From Vicinamibacteria bacterium (GTDB lineage Bacteria > Acidobacteriota > Vicinamibacteria > Marinacidobacterales > Marinacidobacteraceae), in the NCBI GenBank assembly GCA_963668695.2, contig CAXXLQ010000004.1:64001-128000 (forward strand): a stretch of DNA of 64,000 bases, given 5' to 3'. The position numbers and the translations under genes are program-made. Shown here in pieces: positions 9,789 through 19,455 of the stretch. Under the pieces are notes generated by a model. It was not told where the DNA came from. It saw nothing but the letters and a program-made list of their open reading frames with translations, and did not search any database. The stretch's first letter is position 1. Every line of letters starts with the position of its first letter.

Positions 9789-12341
9789 TCAGGGCTCGCC
9801 CGCGACCGTGGTTTCGATCTCTGCGGGGACCCCGCCCTTCATCTGGAAGGCCGGGCTCGTCGCCACCCCCAGGATGAACGCTGACATCCGGTAGTCCGAA
9901 GCCTCCGCCTGCCGGACGATCTCCCGGATCAGCGGCTGATCGAAATACTCCACCCGCCGGCCCAGCGCGTACGCCATCAGGTTCTCCGTGAAGGTTCGAA
10001 GCAGCGGCGTCGGACGCTTCAGCAGCGCCTCCCGCAGGTCCCCGATGTTCTGGATCGGGGTCCCGTCGTAGAACTCACCCGAAGCGTCAATCGGCTGGCC
10101 CGCGTCCTTCACCCGCACTCTGCCCGTCACGTCGAACTGCTCCAGCGCCAACCCGATCGGGTCCATCATCCGGTGGCACGAACGGCACGCCGGGTTGTCC
10201 CGGTGGATCTCCAGCCGTTCACGCGCGGTCAACTCCCGGCCGTTCTCCGACGCTGCCGTCGCGTCCAGATCCGGAACGTCCGGCGGCGGTGGCGGCGGCG
10301 GACTGCCCAGCAGAACCTCCATCACCCACTTCCCACGAAGCACCGCCGACGTCCGATACGGATGGGACGTCAGCGTCAGCATGCTCCCGTGGGCGAAGAT
10401 CCCACGCCGGTTCGGGTCCTGATACGACACCATCCGGTGCTCCGGACCGGCAATCCCCTCCATCCCGTAGTGCTTCGCGAGGCGCTCGTTCACGAACGTG
10501 TAGTCCGCGGTGAACAGGTCGAAAACGCTCCTGTCCTCCGTCACCAGGTGCTGGAAGAACCGCTCCGTCTCCTCCACCATCGCCGTCTTCAACTGCTGGT
10601 GGAAGTCCGGATACAACCGAACGTTCGGGTTGATCTTCTCCAGATCCTGCAGCCGGAACCACTGATACGCGAACCGCTTCGCCAGCGCTTCCGAGCGCGG
10701 GTCCGCGAGCATCCGACGAACCTGGGTCTCGAACGCCGCAGGATCCGACAACTGCCCCGCCTCGGCCGCATCGAGCAGCTCGTAGTCGGGGATCGTCCCC
10801 CACAGGAAGAACGACAGGCGCGACGCCAGGTCGGTATCCGTCAGCCGGTACCCGAACTCCGCCTCCCGCGGGTCCAGCGGCTCCTCGATCCGGAACACGA
10901 AGTTCGGGCTCGCGAGGATGCCCTCCACTCCCATCCGGATCCCTTCTTCGAAGCCGACCGTCTCGGCCCCCACGTCGTAGAGCAACATCAGCGCCGCCCG
11001 ACTTTCGTCGTCGAGACTCCGGCGATAGGCCAGCCGGCCCAACCGCGAAAGGATCTCCTCGGCGCACGGCCGTGCTTCGTCCGCTGCCAGCGGGCGGCAG
11101 GCGAAGATCGCCTTTCGGCTCGGCGTCTCCGACACCCCCGTGGTGTCGAACGGTCCCCGAACCAGAATGTCCCGCAGATGGGGAAGGCTGTGGATCCCGT
11201 AGGTGAGCGCGATGTTGGTGCTCGCCAGCGACCATTCGTGCGGCGAGATCAGATCCAGCGTCGCGCCGTCAAACTGGCGCAGGAACGCAGCGGCCACCGT
11301 CCTGGGACCGGCCTTGATGAAGAGGGGCTCCGTGATCATCGTCGCCCCGTTGGGATCCGAGGTGTGCATCCACGGGTCGATGGAGAGGAGCGCGACCCGC
11401 TCTCCGTCGATCGAGATCTCGAGCTGTTCCGGGTTCTCCTCGGAGTTCAACGCTCCGGCGGCGGTGCCGACGACAGGGCCGCACACTTCGTGGTGCAGCG
11501 AAACGCGGAAGACGTAGTTCCCGTCCGCGGCAAAGGTGTGATCCACTGCGATCCCGCCGCGGGTGCCGTACGGGGCTCCCTCGACCTGAACCCGCTGCGA
11601 AGCCCAACGGGAAACGAAGTAACTGGTCTCGGCCGGTGCGGCGTCGGGGTCCCCTACGGCCAACCGGCTGATCTCGCCCGCCGCGCGCAGATAGGAGTCC
11701 ATGAGCGTGGCCGACAGCAACTGGACATCCGCGATGTTGTCGAAGTTCGCGCTGATCGTGTCCTGCGGCAGATACTCGGCGGCATCCACGGCGAGCGCCA
11801 GGAGATCCCGGATGGCCGCCGTGTACTCCGCCCGGTTGAGCCGCTGGAAAGAACGGCGTCCCGGATTCGGTTTCGCCTCCGCGCTCGCATCAAGCTGGGT
11901 TTCGAGCGACCCGGCGACCTCGGCGAGCACCTCCTCTCCGGGGCGCCGGGCCCCCGGCGGCGGCATCATGCCGAGCCGCAGCTTCGAGACCATCTTTTCC
12001 GCGAGGGCGGCATCTTCCGGCGCGTTCCCGGCGTCGAAACCGGAGAGCGTCATGTTCCCGGTCTTCATGCGGTCGTTGTGGCAGACCATGCAGTAGGTCC
12101 GCAGCATCCGGTTGTGGGCGGCCGCGTTTTCGGGGGACACCGCCACAACGGCGCGCTCCGTCGCTGACGGCTCCCAGGACCGAACGGTGGCGACCGTCGG
12201 CCCGGAAGCGGTGGGCTCCGATCCTTCCAGCCGGGCCAGCCGGGCTTCAAGCCCGGGCGCCGCCGCCGCGACGGAAGACGCGAGCAGGCCGGCGAAGAGA
12301 ACCGGAATCAGCGAAACCGCTTCCAGCCTGGATGTCCCCAT
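9789..12341 (-). CDS. DUF1592/DUF1588/DUF1587-type c-type cytochrome protein (cassette copy 2)
   Basis: CMVCH and CRSCH heme motifs; RLNRAEY, LASRLSFFLW, LRGKWVMEVLLG-PPPPPP and YALGR motifs. Confidence 0.88.
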   Translation of the reverse strand: MGTSRLEAVSLIPVLFAGLLASSVAAAAPGLEARLARLEGSEPTASGPTVATVRSWEPSATERAVVAVSPENAAAHNRMLRTYCMVCHNDRMKTGNMTLSGFDAGNAPEDAALAEKMVSKLRLGMMPPPGARRPGEEVLAEVAGSLETQLDASAEAKPNPGRRSFQRLNRAEYTAAIRDLLALAVDAAEYLPQDTISANFDNIADVQLLSATLMDSYLRAAGEISRLAVGDPDAAPAETSYFVSRWASQRVQVEGAPYGTRGGIAVDHTFAADGNYVFRVSLHHEVCGPVVGTAAGALNSEENPEQLEISIDGERVALLSIDPWMHTSDPNGATMITEPLFIKAGPRTVAAAFLRQFDGATLDLISPHEWSLASTNIALTYGIHSLPHLRDILVRGPFDTTGVSETPSRKAIFACRPLAADEARPCAEEILSRLGRLAYRRSLDDESRAALMLLYDVGAETVGFEEGIRMGVEGILASPNFVFRIEEPLDPREAEFGYRLTDTDLASRLSFFLWGTIPDYELLDAAEAGQLSDPAAFETQVRRMLADPRSEALAKRFAYQWFRLQDLEKINPNVRLYPDFHQQLKTAMVEETERFFQHLVTEDRSVFDLFTADYTFVNERLAKHYGMEGIAGPEHRMVSYQDPNRRGIFAHGSMLTLTSHPYRTSAVLRGKWVMEVLLGSPPPPPPPDVPDLDATAASENGRELTARERLEIHRDNPACRSCHRMMDPIGLALEQFDVTGRVRVKDAGQPIDASGEFYDGTPIQNIGDLREALLKRPTPLLRTFTENLMAYALGRRVEYFDQPLIREIVRQAEASDYRMSAFILGVATSPAFQMKGGVPAEIETTVAGEP

Positions 12342-12350
12342 CGTGGCGCC

Positions 12351-14360
12351 TCAGCAACCCACGCAGCGGTTGTTGTTTTTCGCCCCGTAGGTCTCGAGGA
12401 GGGCGATGGTCTCCGGGAAGGGGCTGATCCGCTGCACCGGCCCGTTCGCCAGGTCCACCGTGGTCTGCCCGGTCCGGGCGATTGCCAGCGGGTCGGCGCC
12501 CTTCGAGATCAGGTATTCGATCATCTCGTTGTCGCCCCGCGAGGCCGCGTGGTGGATCACGCTGTAGCCGTTGTGGTCACGGGCGTCGGGATCGGCGCCC
12601 AGCTCTTCCACGAGGTACTTCACGGAGGGCATCCAGGCGTCGGGGGCGTGGCGATGCGAGTTCGCGGCCAGCCCGAGCCCGTACCCGACGCCGGCAGCGG
12701 CGTGTACGGGATGGACCCCGGGGCCCCCGTGGAGAACCTCAGGGAGGCCCGAGGGATCTTCCTCAGGCTCTTCCGCCGTCAGGTCGGTCAGCCCCCGGAG
12801 GGTCCGCTCGGGAACCTTGATGGTCGGGATCCCGGGGTCCGCGCCGCGCGCGACCAGCATCTTCATCGCGGGGATGTCGAGCGCGTAGGCCGCGCGCCAG
12901 AAGGCGGTGGCCCCGGCCCGGTTCACCCCGAGCTGGTCGGTGTTGTAGGTGCTGTACCACTGCTTCCGCTCGAGCCGGGAGTTCACGTCCGCCCCGGCAT
13001 CGATGAGCGCCTCCATCAACTCGATGTGCGAGGTCTGCTGGCGGAGGTGATCCGCGGGCTGGGGATGGAAGGGTTGCGAAATCCAGCGGGCGTTGATCGC
13101 GCCATACAGCGGAGCGCCGCCGGAGACGTTCTTCAGGTTCGGGTCCGCACCGCGTTTGAGCAGTTCCATTCCGATGTCGTAGTGGCCGTTGATCGCCGCC
13201 ATCAGGAGAGGTGTGGTGCGGTGGCCCTCGGCCCGCTGGTTGATGTCGGCCCCACCGTCCATGAGGGCGACGGCGGCTTCCAGATGGCCGTCACGAGCGG
13301 CGAGCAGCAGAGCCGTCAGGCCGCCGTGCGTCCCGACCAGTTCGGCGTAGCGGAGCGGCTGGAGGCGGTTCCGGTCCCGCTTCCTGCTCGCTCTCCGCTT
13401 CTTTGCCTCTTCGATGGCCTTGGCCCTGGCGAGTTCGTCCTCGGGATGACCGTGCGCCTCGGCGTGTTCGTCCTTCTCCGCCTTCAGGTCCGGGGCAAGG
13501 TCCTCGGCAAGGTCCGGGGAACCGGATTTCCCGGTGCCGGCGTCGGCTCCCGTGGAAGCGGTCGCGGGGGCCTCCTCGATGCGTCCCTTCTCGTTCGCCG
13601 CCTTGGCGGCCGCGGCCCGCGCCCGTCGCTGGGCCTCCCGGGCCTTCTTGTCGCGTTCCCGCTCGTCGTAGATCACGCCCGCTGCGCCCCGTCCCTGGTC
13701 GATCCGCGCCTGGCGAGCCCGACGCGCGATGAGATCCCGCTCGGCGCGGGCCGCGACGTCCAGTACCGAAGCGGTGATCGAGGGATCGGCGCCCGCTTCC
13801 AGAAGCGTCGCGACGGCCGCGGTGCGGCCCACGGCGGCCGCGAACATGAGCGGGGTCTGTCCCCACTGCGGCTCGACGGCGTCGAGGTTGGCGCCATGCT
13901 TCCCCAGCACCGTGAGGGTCGGTGTGCTGCCGGAAGCCGCGGCGAAGTGGATCGCCCGGGCTCCGGTTCCGGTCGGCTCGGCGATCGGGGCGCCGGCCTC
14001 GAGGAGGACTTCGGCAACTCCCGCCTGGCCGGCCGCCGCCGCCACGTGCAGCGGCATGTGGCTCCCGAGGCGCGTGGTGGCGCTGATGTCCGCACCCGCC
14101 GCGATCAAGACCTCCGCAACCTCGCGGTTCCCCGTCTTCGCCGCCCAGTGCAGCGCCGTGAACCCGTCGCCCTGCGCCGCGTTCACGTCCGCGCCCGAGC
14201 GCAGCTCCGCCTTCAGCGTCTCCAGGTCACCGCGTTTCGCGGCGTCCAGCACCGGCGCGAGCAGCGCCGCATACCCGGCTCCGACCAGCACTCCCAGCAC
14301 TGCGAGCAGTGCCGCCAGGCCGATCCATCGCTTTTTGATCTTCCGCTTTCCAATCTTCAT
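12351..14360 (-). CDS. Ankyrin repeat protein (cassette copy 1), C-terminal CVGC
   Basis: Paralog of 6234..8057 with a longer charged linker. Confidence 0.92.
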   Translation of the reverse strand: MKIGKRKIKKRWIGLAALLAVLGVLVGAGYAALLAPVLDAAKRGDLETLKAELRSGADVNAAQGDGFTALHWAAKTGNREVAEVLIAAGADISATTRLGSHMPLHVAAAAGQAGVAEVLLEAGAPIAEPTGTGARAIHFAAASGSTPTLTVLGKHGANLDAVEPQWGQTPLMFAAAVGRTAAVATLLEAGADPSITASVLDVAARAERDLIARRARQARIDQGRGAAGVIYDERERDKKAREAQRRARAAAAKAANEKGRIEEAPATASTGADAGTGKSGSPDLAEDLAPDLKAEKDEHAEAHGHPEDELARAKAIEEAKKRRASRKRDRNRLQPLRYAELVGTHGGLTALLLAARDGHLEAAVALMDGGADINQRAEGHRTTPLLMAAINGHYDIGMELLKRGADPNLKNVSGGAPLYGAINARWISQPFHPQPADHLRQQTSHIELMEALIDAGADVNSRLERKQWYSTYNTDQLGVNRAGATAFWRAAYALDIPAMKMLVARGADPGIPTIKVPERTLRGLTDLTAEEPEEDPSGLPEVLHGGPGVHPVHAAAGVGYGLGLAANSHRHAPDAWMPSVKYLVEELGADPDARDHNGYSVIHHAASRGDNEMIEYLISKGADPLAIARTGQTTVDLANGPVQRISPFPETIALLETYGAKNNNRCVGC

Positions 14361-14411
14361 GCCGCGTCCCTCTCTTGGGTCAAAGTCCCTGATGTGGATC
14401 CCGCTCCCGGG

Positions 14412-15800
14412 TTACACCGCCTGCGAGAGCGAGAACGCACCCGTGCTGTTCCCGAAGCTCTCCAGATCATCCATCCCCAGCTTGTGCAGCAACGTGAGCA
14501 TCACGTTCGCCAGCGGGGTCCCGGGTTCCGCACGCAGGTGCAGGTTGTTCTCCAGCGCTCCGTTCGCGCCTCCCGCTACAAAGAACGGAACGCGCTTGTG
14601 GTTGTGGATGTTCGGATCTCCCATCGGAGACCCATACAGGATCATCGTCTTGTCCAGCAGCGTCCGATCCTCTTCCTGGATGCTCCGCAGCTTCTCCATG
14701 AAATACGGAATCAGGCTCACGTGATACCGGTTGATCCGGCTCAGGAGTTCCACCCGCTCGTCGTCATTCCCGTGGTGTGAGGCCGGATGGAACGCCGTCG
14801 ATTCGCCGCTGTCCGGAAACACCCGGCTCGACGCGTCCCGGCCCAGCTTGAGGCTGAACACCCGCGTCATGTCCGACTGGAACGCCAGCGCCTGCAGCTC
14901 GAACATGATCTTCACGTGCTCGTCGAACGAGTCCGGAACCCCTGACGGAGCGTTCGGAAGCTCACGAAGCTCCCCGCTCGTGTTCCGTTCCACGATCCGC
15001 TCGATCCGACGCTCCATCTCCCGGACGTCCGTCAGGTACCGGTCCATCCGGCGCAAATCCTGCGGATCCAGCGCTTCTTGCAGGGTCCGCACCTCTTCAC
15101 CGATGAAGTCCAGAACGCTCCGGCGAGCCTTCTGCCGCGCCACCCGGCCCTCCGGGGTTCCCCCCGCGCCGAACAACTGGTCGAACACGATTCGGGGATC
15201 CCGTGTCATCGGAAGCGGCTCCGTCGGCGACCCCCAACTGATGGTGTCGGTGTACGCGCAGGCATACCCGTAAGCGCAACCACCCGCCTGGTCCACCGTC
15301 TCGATGCAGAGCTGCATCGAAGGAATCGGCGTGTCCTGGCCGAAACGGTTCGCATACATCTGATCCAGCGAGGTCCCGGCAAAGACATCGGACCCTTCGG
15401 TCTGCCTTGGATGGGACTGGGTCAGGAACGTCGAGCTCGAGCGGAAGTGGTCCCCGCCGATCTCCCGCGCCGTCTCGGCCTCCGCGGGCTCCACGTCACA
15501 GTCGCTCACGACCGTGACGTAGTCCCGGACCGGCTCCAGGGAGCTGAGCGCACCCTTCGACAGATCGAAGTCCGCGCCCTCTTTCTCCGGAGACCACAGG
15601 TGCTGCTCACGACCGTACTTGTTGCTGCCCGCCGCCCCGTGGACGATCTCCACCGCCACGAGCCGCGTCGGATCCTCCGCCGTCGGCTTCGCGATCACGC
15701 TCGCCGGAACCATCGCGTCCAAAAACGGCAACGCGACCGTGGCCCCCGCTCCCCGCAGGAACGTACGGCGTGGAAGGCTCTTGCCGGTCAGGTAGTTCAT
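14412..15800 (-). CDS. DUF1552 family protein (cassette copy 1)
   Basis: Same length (462 aa) and nearly identical to 8108..9496. Confidence 0.88.
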   Translation of the reverse strand: MNYLTGKSLPRRTFLRGAGATVALPFLDAMVPASVIAKPTAEDPTRLVAVEIVHGAAGSNKYGREQHLWSPEKEGADFDLSKGALSSLEPVRDYVTVVSDCDVEPAEAETAREIGGDHFRSSSTFLTQSHPRQTEGSDVFAGTSLDQMYANRFGQDTPIPSMQLCIETVDQAGGCAYGYACAYTDTISWGSPTEPLPMTRDPRIVFDQLFGAGGTPEGRVARQKARRSVLDFIGEEVRTLQEALDPQDLRRMDRYLTDVREMERRIERIVERNTSGELRELPNAPSGVPDSFDEHVKIMFELQALAFQSDMTRVFSLKLGRDASSRVFPDSGESTAFHPASHHGNDDERVELLSRINRYHVSLIPYFMEKLRSIQEEDRTLLDKTMILYGSPMGDPNIHNHKRVPFFVAGGANGALENNLHLRAEPGTPLANVMLTLLHKLGMDDLESFGNSTGAFSLSQAV

Positions 15801-15883
15801 CGCTGTCTCCTTGTGGTCAGACTGACTTTCTCTCTTGGCTTTCTCGTTTTGACTCTTCTCGGTTTGATTCTCTGTAGGGCTTC

Positions 15884-18553
15884 CTAATGCTCCGCGGCAT
15901 GCTCCGCGGCGAGCGTCGTCTCCGTCTCGGCTTCGACCCCGCCCTTCATCTGGAAGGCCGGACTCGTCGCCACCCCCAGGATGAACGAAGACATCCGGTA
16001 GTCCGAAGCCTCCGCTTCCCGAACGATCTCCCGGATCAGCGGCTGGTCGTAATACTCCACCCGCCGACCCAGCGCATACGCCATCAGGTTCTCCGTGAAT
16101 GTCCGCAGCAGCGGCGTCGGACGCTTCAACAGCGCCTCCCGCAGGTCCCCGATGTCACGGATCGGAGTCCCGTCGTAGAACTCGCCCGACGCGTCGATCG
16201 GCTGGCCCGCGTCCTTCACCCGAATCCGCCCAGTCACGTCGAATTGCTCCAGGGCCAACCCGATCGGATCCATCATCCGGTGGCACGAACGGCACGCCGG
16301 GTTGTCCCGGTGGATCTCGAGGGCTTGGCGGGCGGTGAGTTTGCGGACCGTCTCGCCTGACTCCCCGGCATCCAGGTCCGGAACGTTCGGAGGCGGAGGT
16401 GGCGGCGGACTCCCGAGCAGCACCTCCATCACCCACTTCCCACGAAGCACCGCCGACGTCCGATACGGATGGGACGTCAGCGTCAGCATGCTCCCGTGGG
16501 CGAAGATCCCACGCCGGTTCGGATTCTGATACCGCACCAGACGGTGCTCCGGACCGGCAACCCCCTCCATCCCGTAGTGGTCGGCCAGATTGTCGTTCAC
16601 GAACGTGTAGTCCGCCGTGAACAGGTCGAAGACGCTCTTGTCCTCGGACACCAGGTGATGGAAGAACCGCTCCGTCTCCTCCACCATCGCCAACTTCAAC
16701 TGCTGGTAGAAGTCCGGATACAACCGAACGTTCGGGTTGATCTTCTCCAGATCCTGCAACCGGAACCATTGATGCGCGAACCGCTTCGCCAGCGCTTCCG
16801 AGCGCGGGTCCGCGAGCATCCGACGAACCTGCGTCTCGAACACCGCAGGATCCGACAACTGCCCCGCCTCGGCCGCATCGAGCAGCTCGTGGTCGGGGAT
16901 CGTCCCCCACAGGAAGAACGACAGGCGCGACGCCAGGTCGGTATCCGTCAGTCGGTACCCGAACTCCGCCTCCCGCGGGTCCAGGGGCTCTTCGATCCGG
17001 AACACGAAGTTGGGGCTCGCGAGCATTCCCTCGATCCCCATCCGGATCCCTTCCTCGAAGCCGACGCTCGCGGCCCCCATGTCATAGAGCGACATCAGCG
17101 CCTTGAGGTTGCGCTCGGTCAGATTCCGCCGATACGCGAGACGCCCGAGCCGCGACAGGATCTTCTCGGCACAGGGGCCCGCCTCTTCCGCCGAGAGCGG
17201 CCGGCAGGTGAAGATCGCCTCGCGGCTCGGGGTCTCCGACACCCCGGTCGCGTCGAAGGGCCCCGTAATGATCAGATCCCGCAAGTGGGGTACGTTGTGG
17301 ATGCCGTAGGTCCTCGACGTCGCGGTGCTGGCAAGTGACCAGTCGTGGGGGGAGATCAGGTCGAGGACCGGTCCCTCGTAGTGCTTCAGGAAAACCGCGG
17401 CCACCTTGCGCGGGCCACCCCGCACGAAGACCGGTTCGCTCCGCAGATTGACCCCGTCGGGGTCGGAAACGTGCATCCAGCGACCGACGTCCAGGAGCGC
17501 GAGCCGCTCACCGTCGATCGAGATCTCGACCTGCTCCGGAGTGTCGACCGTGTGAAGCGAACTCGATCCCGAGCCGACAATGGCGCCGGTCGTCTCGTGG
17601 TGGAAGGCCACCCGGAACCGATACGCGCCGTCCGCCGGGAATACGTGGTCCACGACGATTCCGCCCCGCGTTCCGTAGGGAGCTCCCTCGACCAGATCCA
17701 ACTGGGCAGCCCAGCGGGACACGTGGTAGCCGGACTCCGCGGCCACCGCGTCAGGGTCCCCGACCGCGAGATGACTGATATCGCTGGCCGCCCGCAGGTA
17801 GGAGTCCATGAGCGTCGCAGACAGCAACTGGACGTCCGCGATGTTGTCGAAGTTCGCGCTGATCGTGTCCTGCGGGAGGTATTTGGCCCCATCCAGCGGG
17901 AGGTCCAACAGGTCCCCGATCGCCGCGGTGTATTCGGCCCGGTTCAAGCGCTGGAAGGAGCGGCGCCCGGGATTCGGGTTTTCCTCGGCGCTCGCGTCAA
18001 GCTGGGTCTCGAGCGACTCCGCGACCTCGCCAAGCAGGTCCTCCGCCGGCCGCCGGGCCCCCGGCGGCGGCATCATGCCGAGCCGGAGCTTCGAGACCAT
18101 CTTCTCCGCGAGGGCCGGGTTCGCGACTGCCTCGCCGGCATCGAACGCGGCAAGCGACATGTTCCCGGTCTTCATCCGGTCGTTGTGGCAGACCATGCAA
18201 TAGGTCCGCAGCATTCCGTTGTGCGCGGCGGCCGTCTCCGTGCTTATGGACCCAGTGTTTTTGGACCCATCGTTTTTGGACCCACCGGGGGAACTCTCCG
18301 GACTCCAGTTCCGGACAGACGCGATGGTAGGCGCCGCCGGCGCGATGGTGGGCGCCGCCGGCTCGAAGCGCGGCGTCTCCTCGGCATCAGCGGCCGGCGG
18401 CAGCAGGTATGCGCCCACGCCGAGGGACCACGCTGCGACGATGGGAATTAGGCGCATGGGACGTTTTGCCGGACGTGGCGAGGCGGTGTTTCCGCCCCCG
18501 AATACGCTCCGGCCCAATTGAAAGAGGATAGTGGCGAGCGACCCCCGATGCAA
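15884..18553 (-). CDS. DUF1592-type c-type cytochrome protein (cassette copy 1); true start may be the later MRLIPIV
   Basis: Paralog of 9789..12341 with the same two CxxCH motifs. Confidence 0.87.
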   Translation of the reverse strand: MHRGSLATILFQLGRSVFGGGNTASPRPAKRPMRLIPIVAAWSLGVGAYLLPPAADAEETPRFEPAAPTIAPAAPTIASVRNWSPESSPGGSKNDGSKNTGSISTETAAAHNGMLRTYCMVCHNDRMKTGNMSLAAFDAGEAVANPALAEKMVSKLRLGMMPPPGARRPAEDLLGEVAESLETQLDASAEENPNPGRRSFQRLNRAEYTAAIGDLLDLPLDGAKYLPQDTISANFDNIADVQLLSATLMDSYLRAASDISHLAVGDPDAVAAESGYHVSRWAAQLDLVEGAPYGTRGGIVVDHVFPADGAYRFRVAFHHETTGAIVGSGSSSLHTVDTPEQVEISIDGERLALLDVGRWMHVSDPDGVNLRSEPVFVRGGPRKVAAVFLKHYEGPVLDLISPHDWSLASTATSRTYGIHNVPHLRDLIITGPFDATGVSETPSREAIFTCRPLSAEEAGPCAEKILSRLGRLAYRRNLTERNLKALMSLYDMGAASVGFEEGIRMGIEGMLASPNFVFRIEEPLDPREAEFGYRLTDTDLASRLSFFLWGTIPDHELLDAAEAGQLSDPAVFETQVRRMLADPRSEALAKRFAHQWFRLQDLEKINPNVRLYPDFYQQLKLAMVEETERFFHHLVSEDKSVFDLFTADYTFVNDNLADHYGMEGVAGPEHRLVRYQNPNRRGIFAHGSMLTLTSHPYRTSAVLRGKWVMEVLLGSPPPPPPPNVPDLDAGESGETVRKLTARQALEIHRDNPACRSCHRMMDPIGLALEQFDVTGRIRVKDAGQPIDASGEFYDGTPIRDIGDLREALLKRPTPLLRTFTENLMAYALGRRVEYYDQPLIREIVREAEASDYRMSSFILGVATSPAFQMKGGVEAETETTLAAEHAAEH

Positions 18554-18739
18554 GCAGCGGAAACCCGTTCCGGGGCGTTCGGCGGAGGCGCCCAGCGGCC
18601 CCCGCAGCGCGTCGGATCAGCCCGGAATCCGGCGATTCTCTTCGCAGGCCACGGAGCGCGGTCGCGTGATCGCGGCGGAGTCCGGAGCCTGCTTCCGAGA
18701 CCTTGCGGAGCTGGAGCGGGGCGGGGTCGGTCGATCGGA

Positions 18740-18764
18740 GTATGGTATTATGGTATTGGTATGG
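18740..18764 (+). promoter_or_regulatory. AT-rich direct-repeat operator/-10 region of the second vapBC operon
   Basis: Three TGGTAT repeats and TATTAT at 18746-18751, just upstream of ATG 18761. Confidence 0.55.
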
Positions 18765-19036
18765 TCAAGGTTACCTACTCGCTTGACGACGCCACGGTGC
18801 GCCGGATCCGCACCATCGCGGGCCGACTCGGCATTCCCCAGAGCCAGATGGTGCGGGAGGCCGTCGCCGACTATGCGGCACGCAAGGATCGGCTGAGCGA
18901 GGCCGAGCGCCTCCGCATGCTGGAAGTGCTGTATCGCCTGCGCGACACGCCACCCCGCCGGTCCCGAGCGGAGGTGGAGGCGGAGCTGAGGGAAATCCGC
19001 GATGCGCGGCGCCGGGGCTGGCGGCCGGAGCGGTGA
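18761..19036 (+). CDS. Ribbon-helix-helix antitoxin
   Basis: MVKVTYSLDDATVRRIRTIAGRLGIPQSQMVREAV RHH pattern; overlaps the PIN gene (GTGA); start re-called from ORF 18518. Confidence 0.8.
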   Translation: MVKVTYSLDDATVRRIRTIAGRLGIPQSQMVREAVADYAARKDRLSEAERLRMLEVLYRLRDTPPRRSRAEVEAELREIRDARRRGWRPER

Positions 19037-19407
19037 TCGTCCATCTCGACACCTCGGCGCTCGTGGACGCGCTGGCCGGCCAGAGGTCCTCGCTCACACG
19101 GCTCATCGCTCTCGTGGACGCGGGACACCGCCTGAACATTTCCGCCCCCGTCCTCTACGAGTGGCTACGGGGACCCAGAACTCTCGACGAATTAAGGGAT
19201 CAGGAGGCGCTTCTGCCTCGCCGCGTTGCCGTCCCTTTCGATACCGACGCCGCGGCGGCCGCGGCCGATCTCTATTCCGGACTCGGGAGGGCGCGCGGCC
19301 GCGAAACGGACCTGGCGGTCGCGGCGTGTGCGATCACGCAGGACGCCGCGCTCTGGTCCCTGAATGAGGAGGATTTCCAGGACATTCCCGGCCTCAACCT
19401 GGTGTAG
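19033..19407 (+). CDS. vapC: PIN-domain VapC toxin
   Basis: HLDTSALVD, VLYEWLRG, DLAVAACA and LWSLNEEDFQDIPGL motifs. Confidence 0.88.
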   Translation: MIVHLDTSALVDALAGQRSSLTRLIALVDAGHRLNISAPVLYEWLRGPRTLDELRDQEALLPRRVAVPFDTDAAAAAADLYSGLGRARGRETDLAVAACAITQDAALWSLNEEDFQDIPGLNLV

Positions 19408-19455
19408 CCGGCCGGCGCCCGACGACCGAATTCGTCCGGATCGGTCGGTTTCCCG

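Noticed and set aside
6231-18451. Long plus-strand ORFs opposite the ankyrin/DUF genes
   Set aside because: Antisense shadows typical of high-GC codon usage, with no recognisable motifs
6234-18553. Diversity-generating retroelement template/variable pair
   Set aside because: The near-identical blocks belong to whole-gene paralogs, the differences are not adenine-specific, and no reverse transcriptase is present
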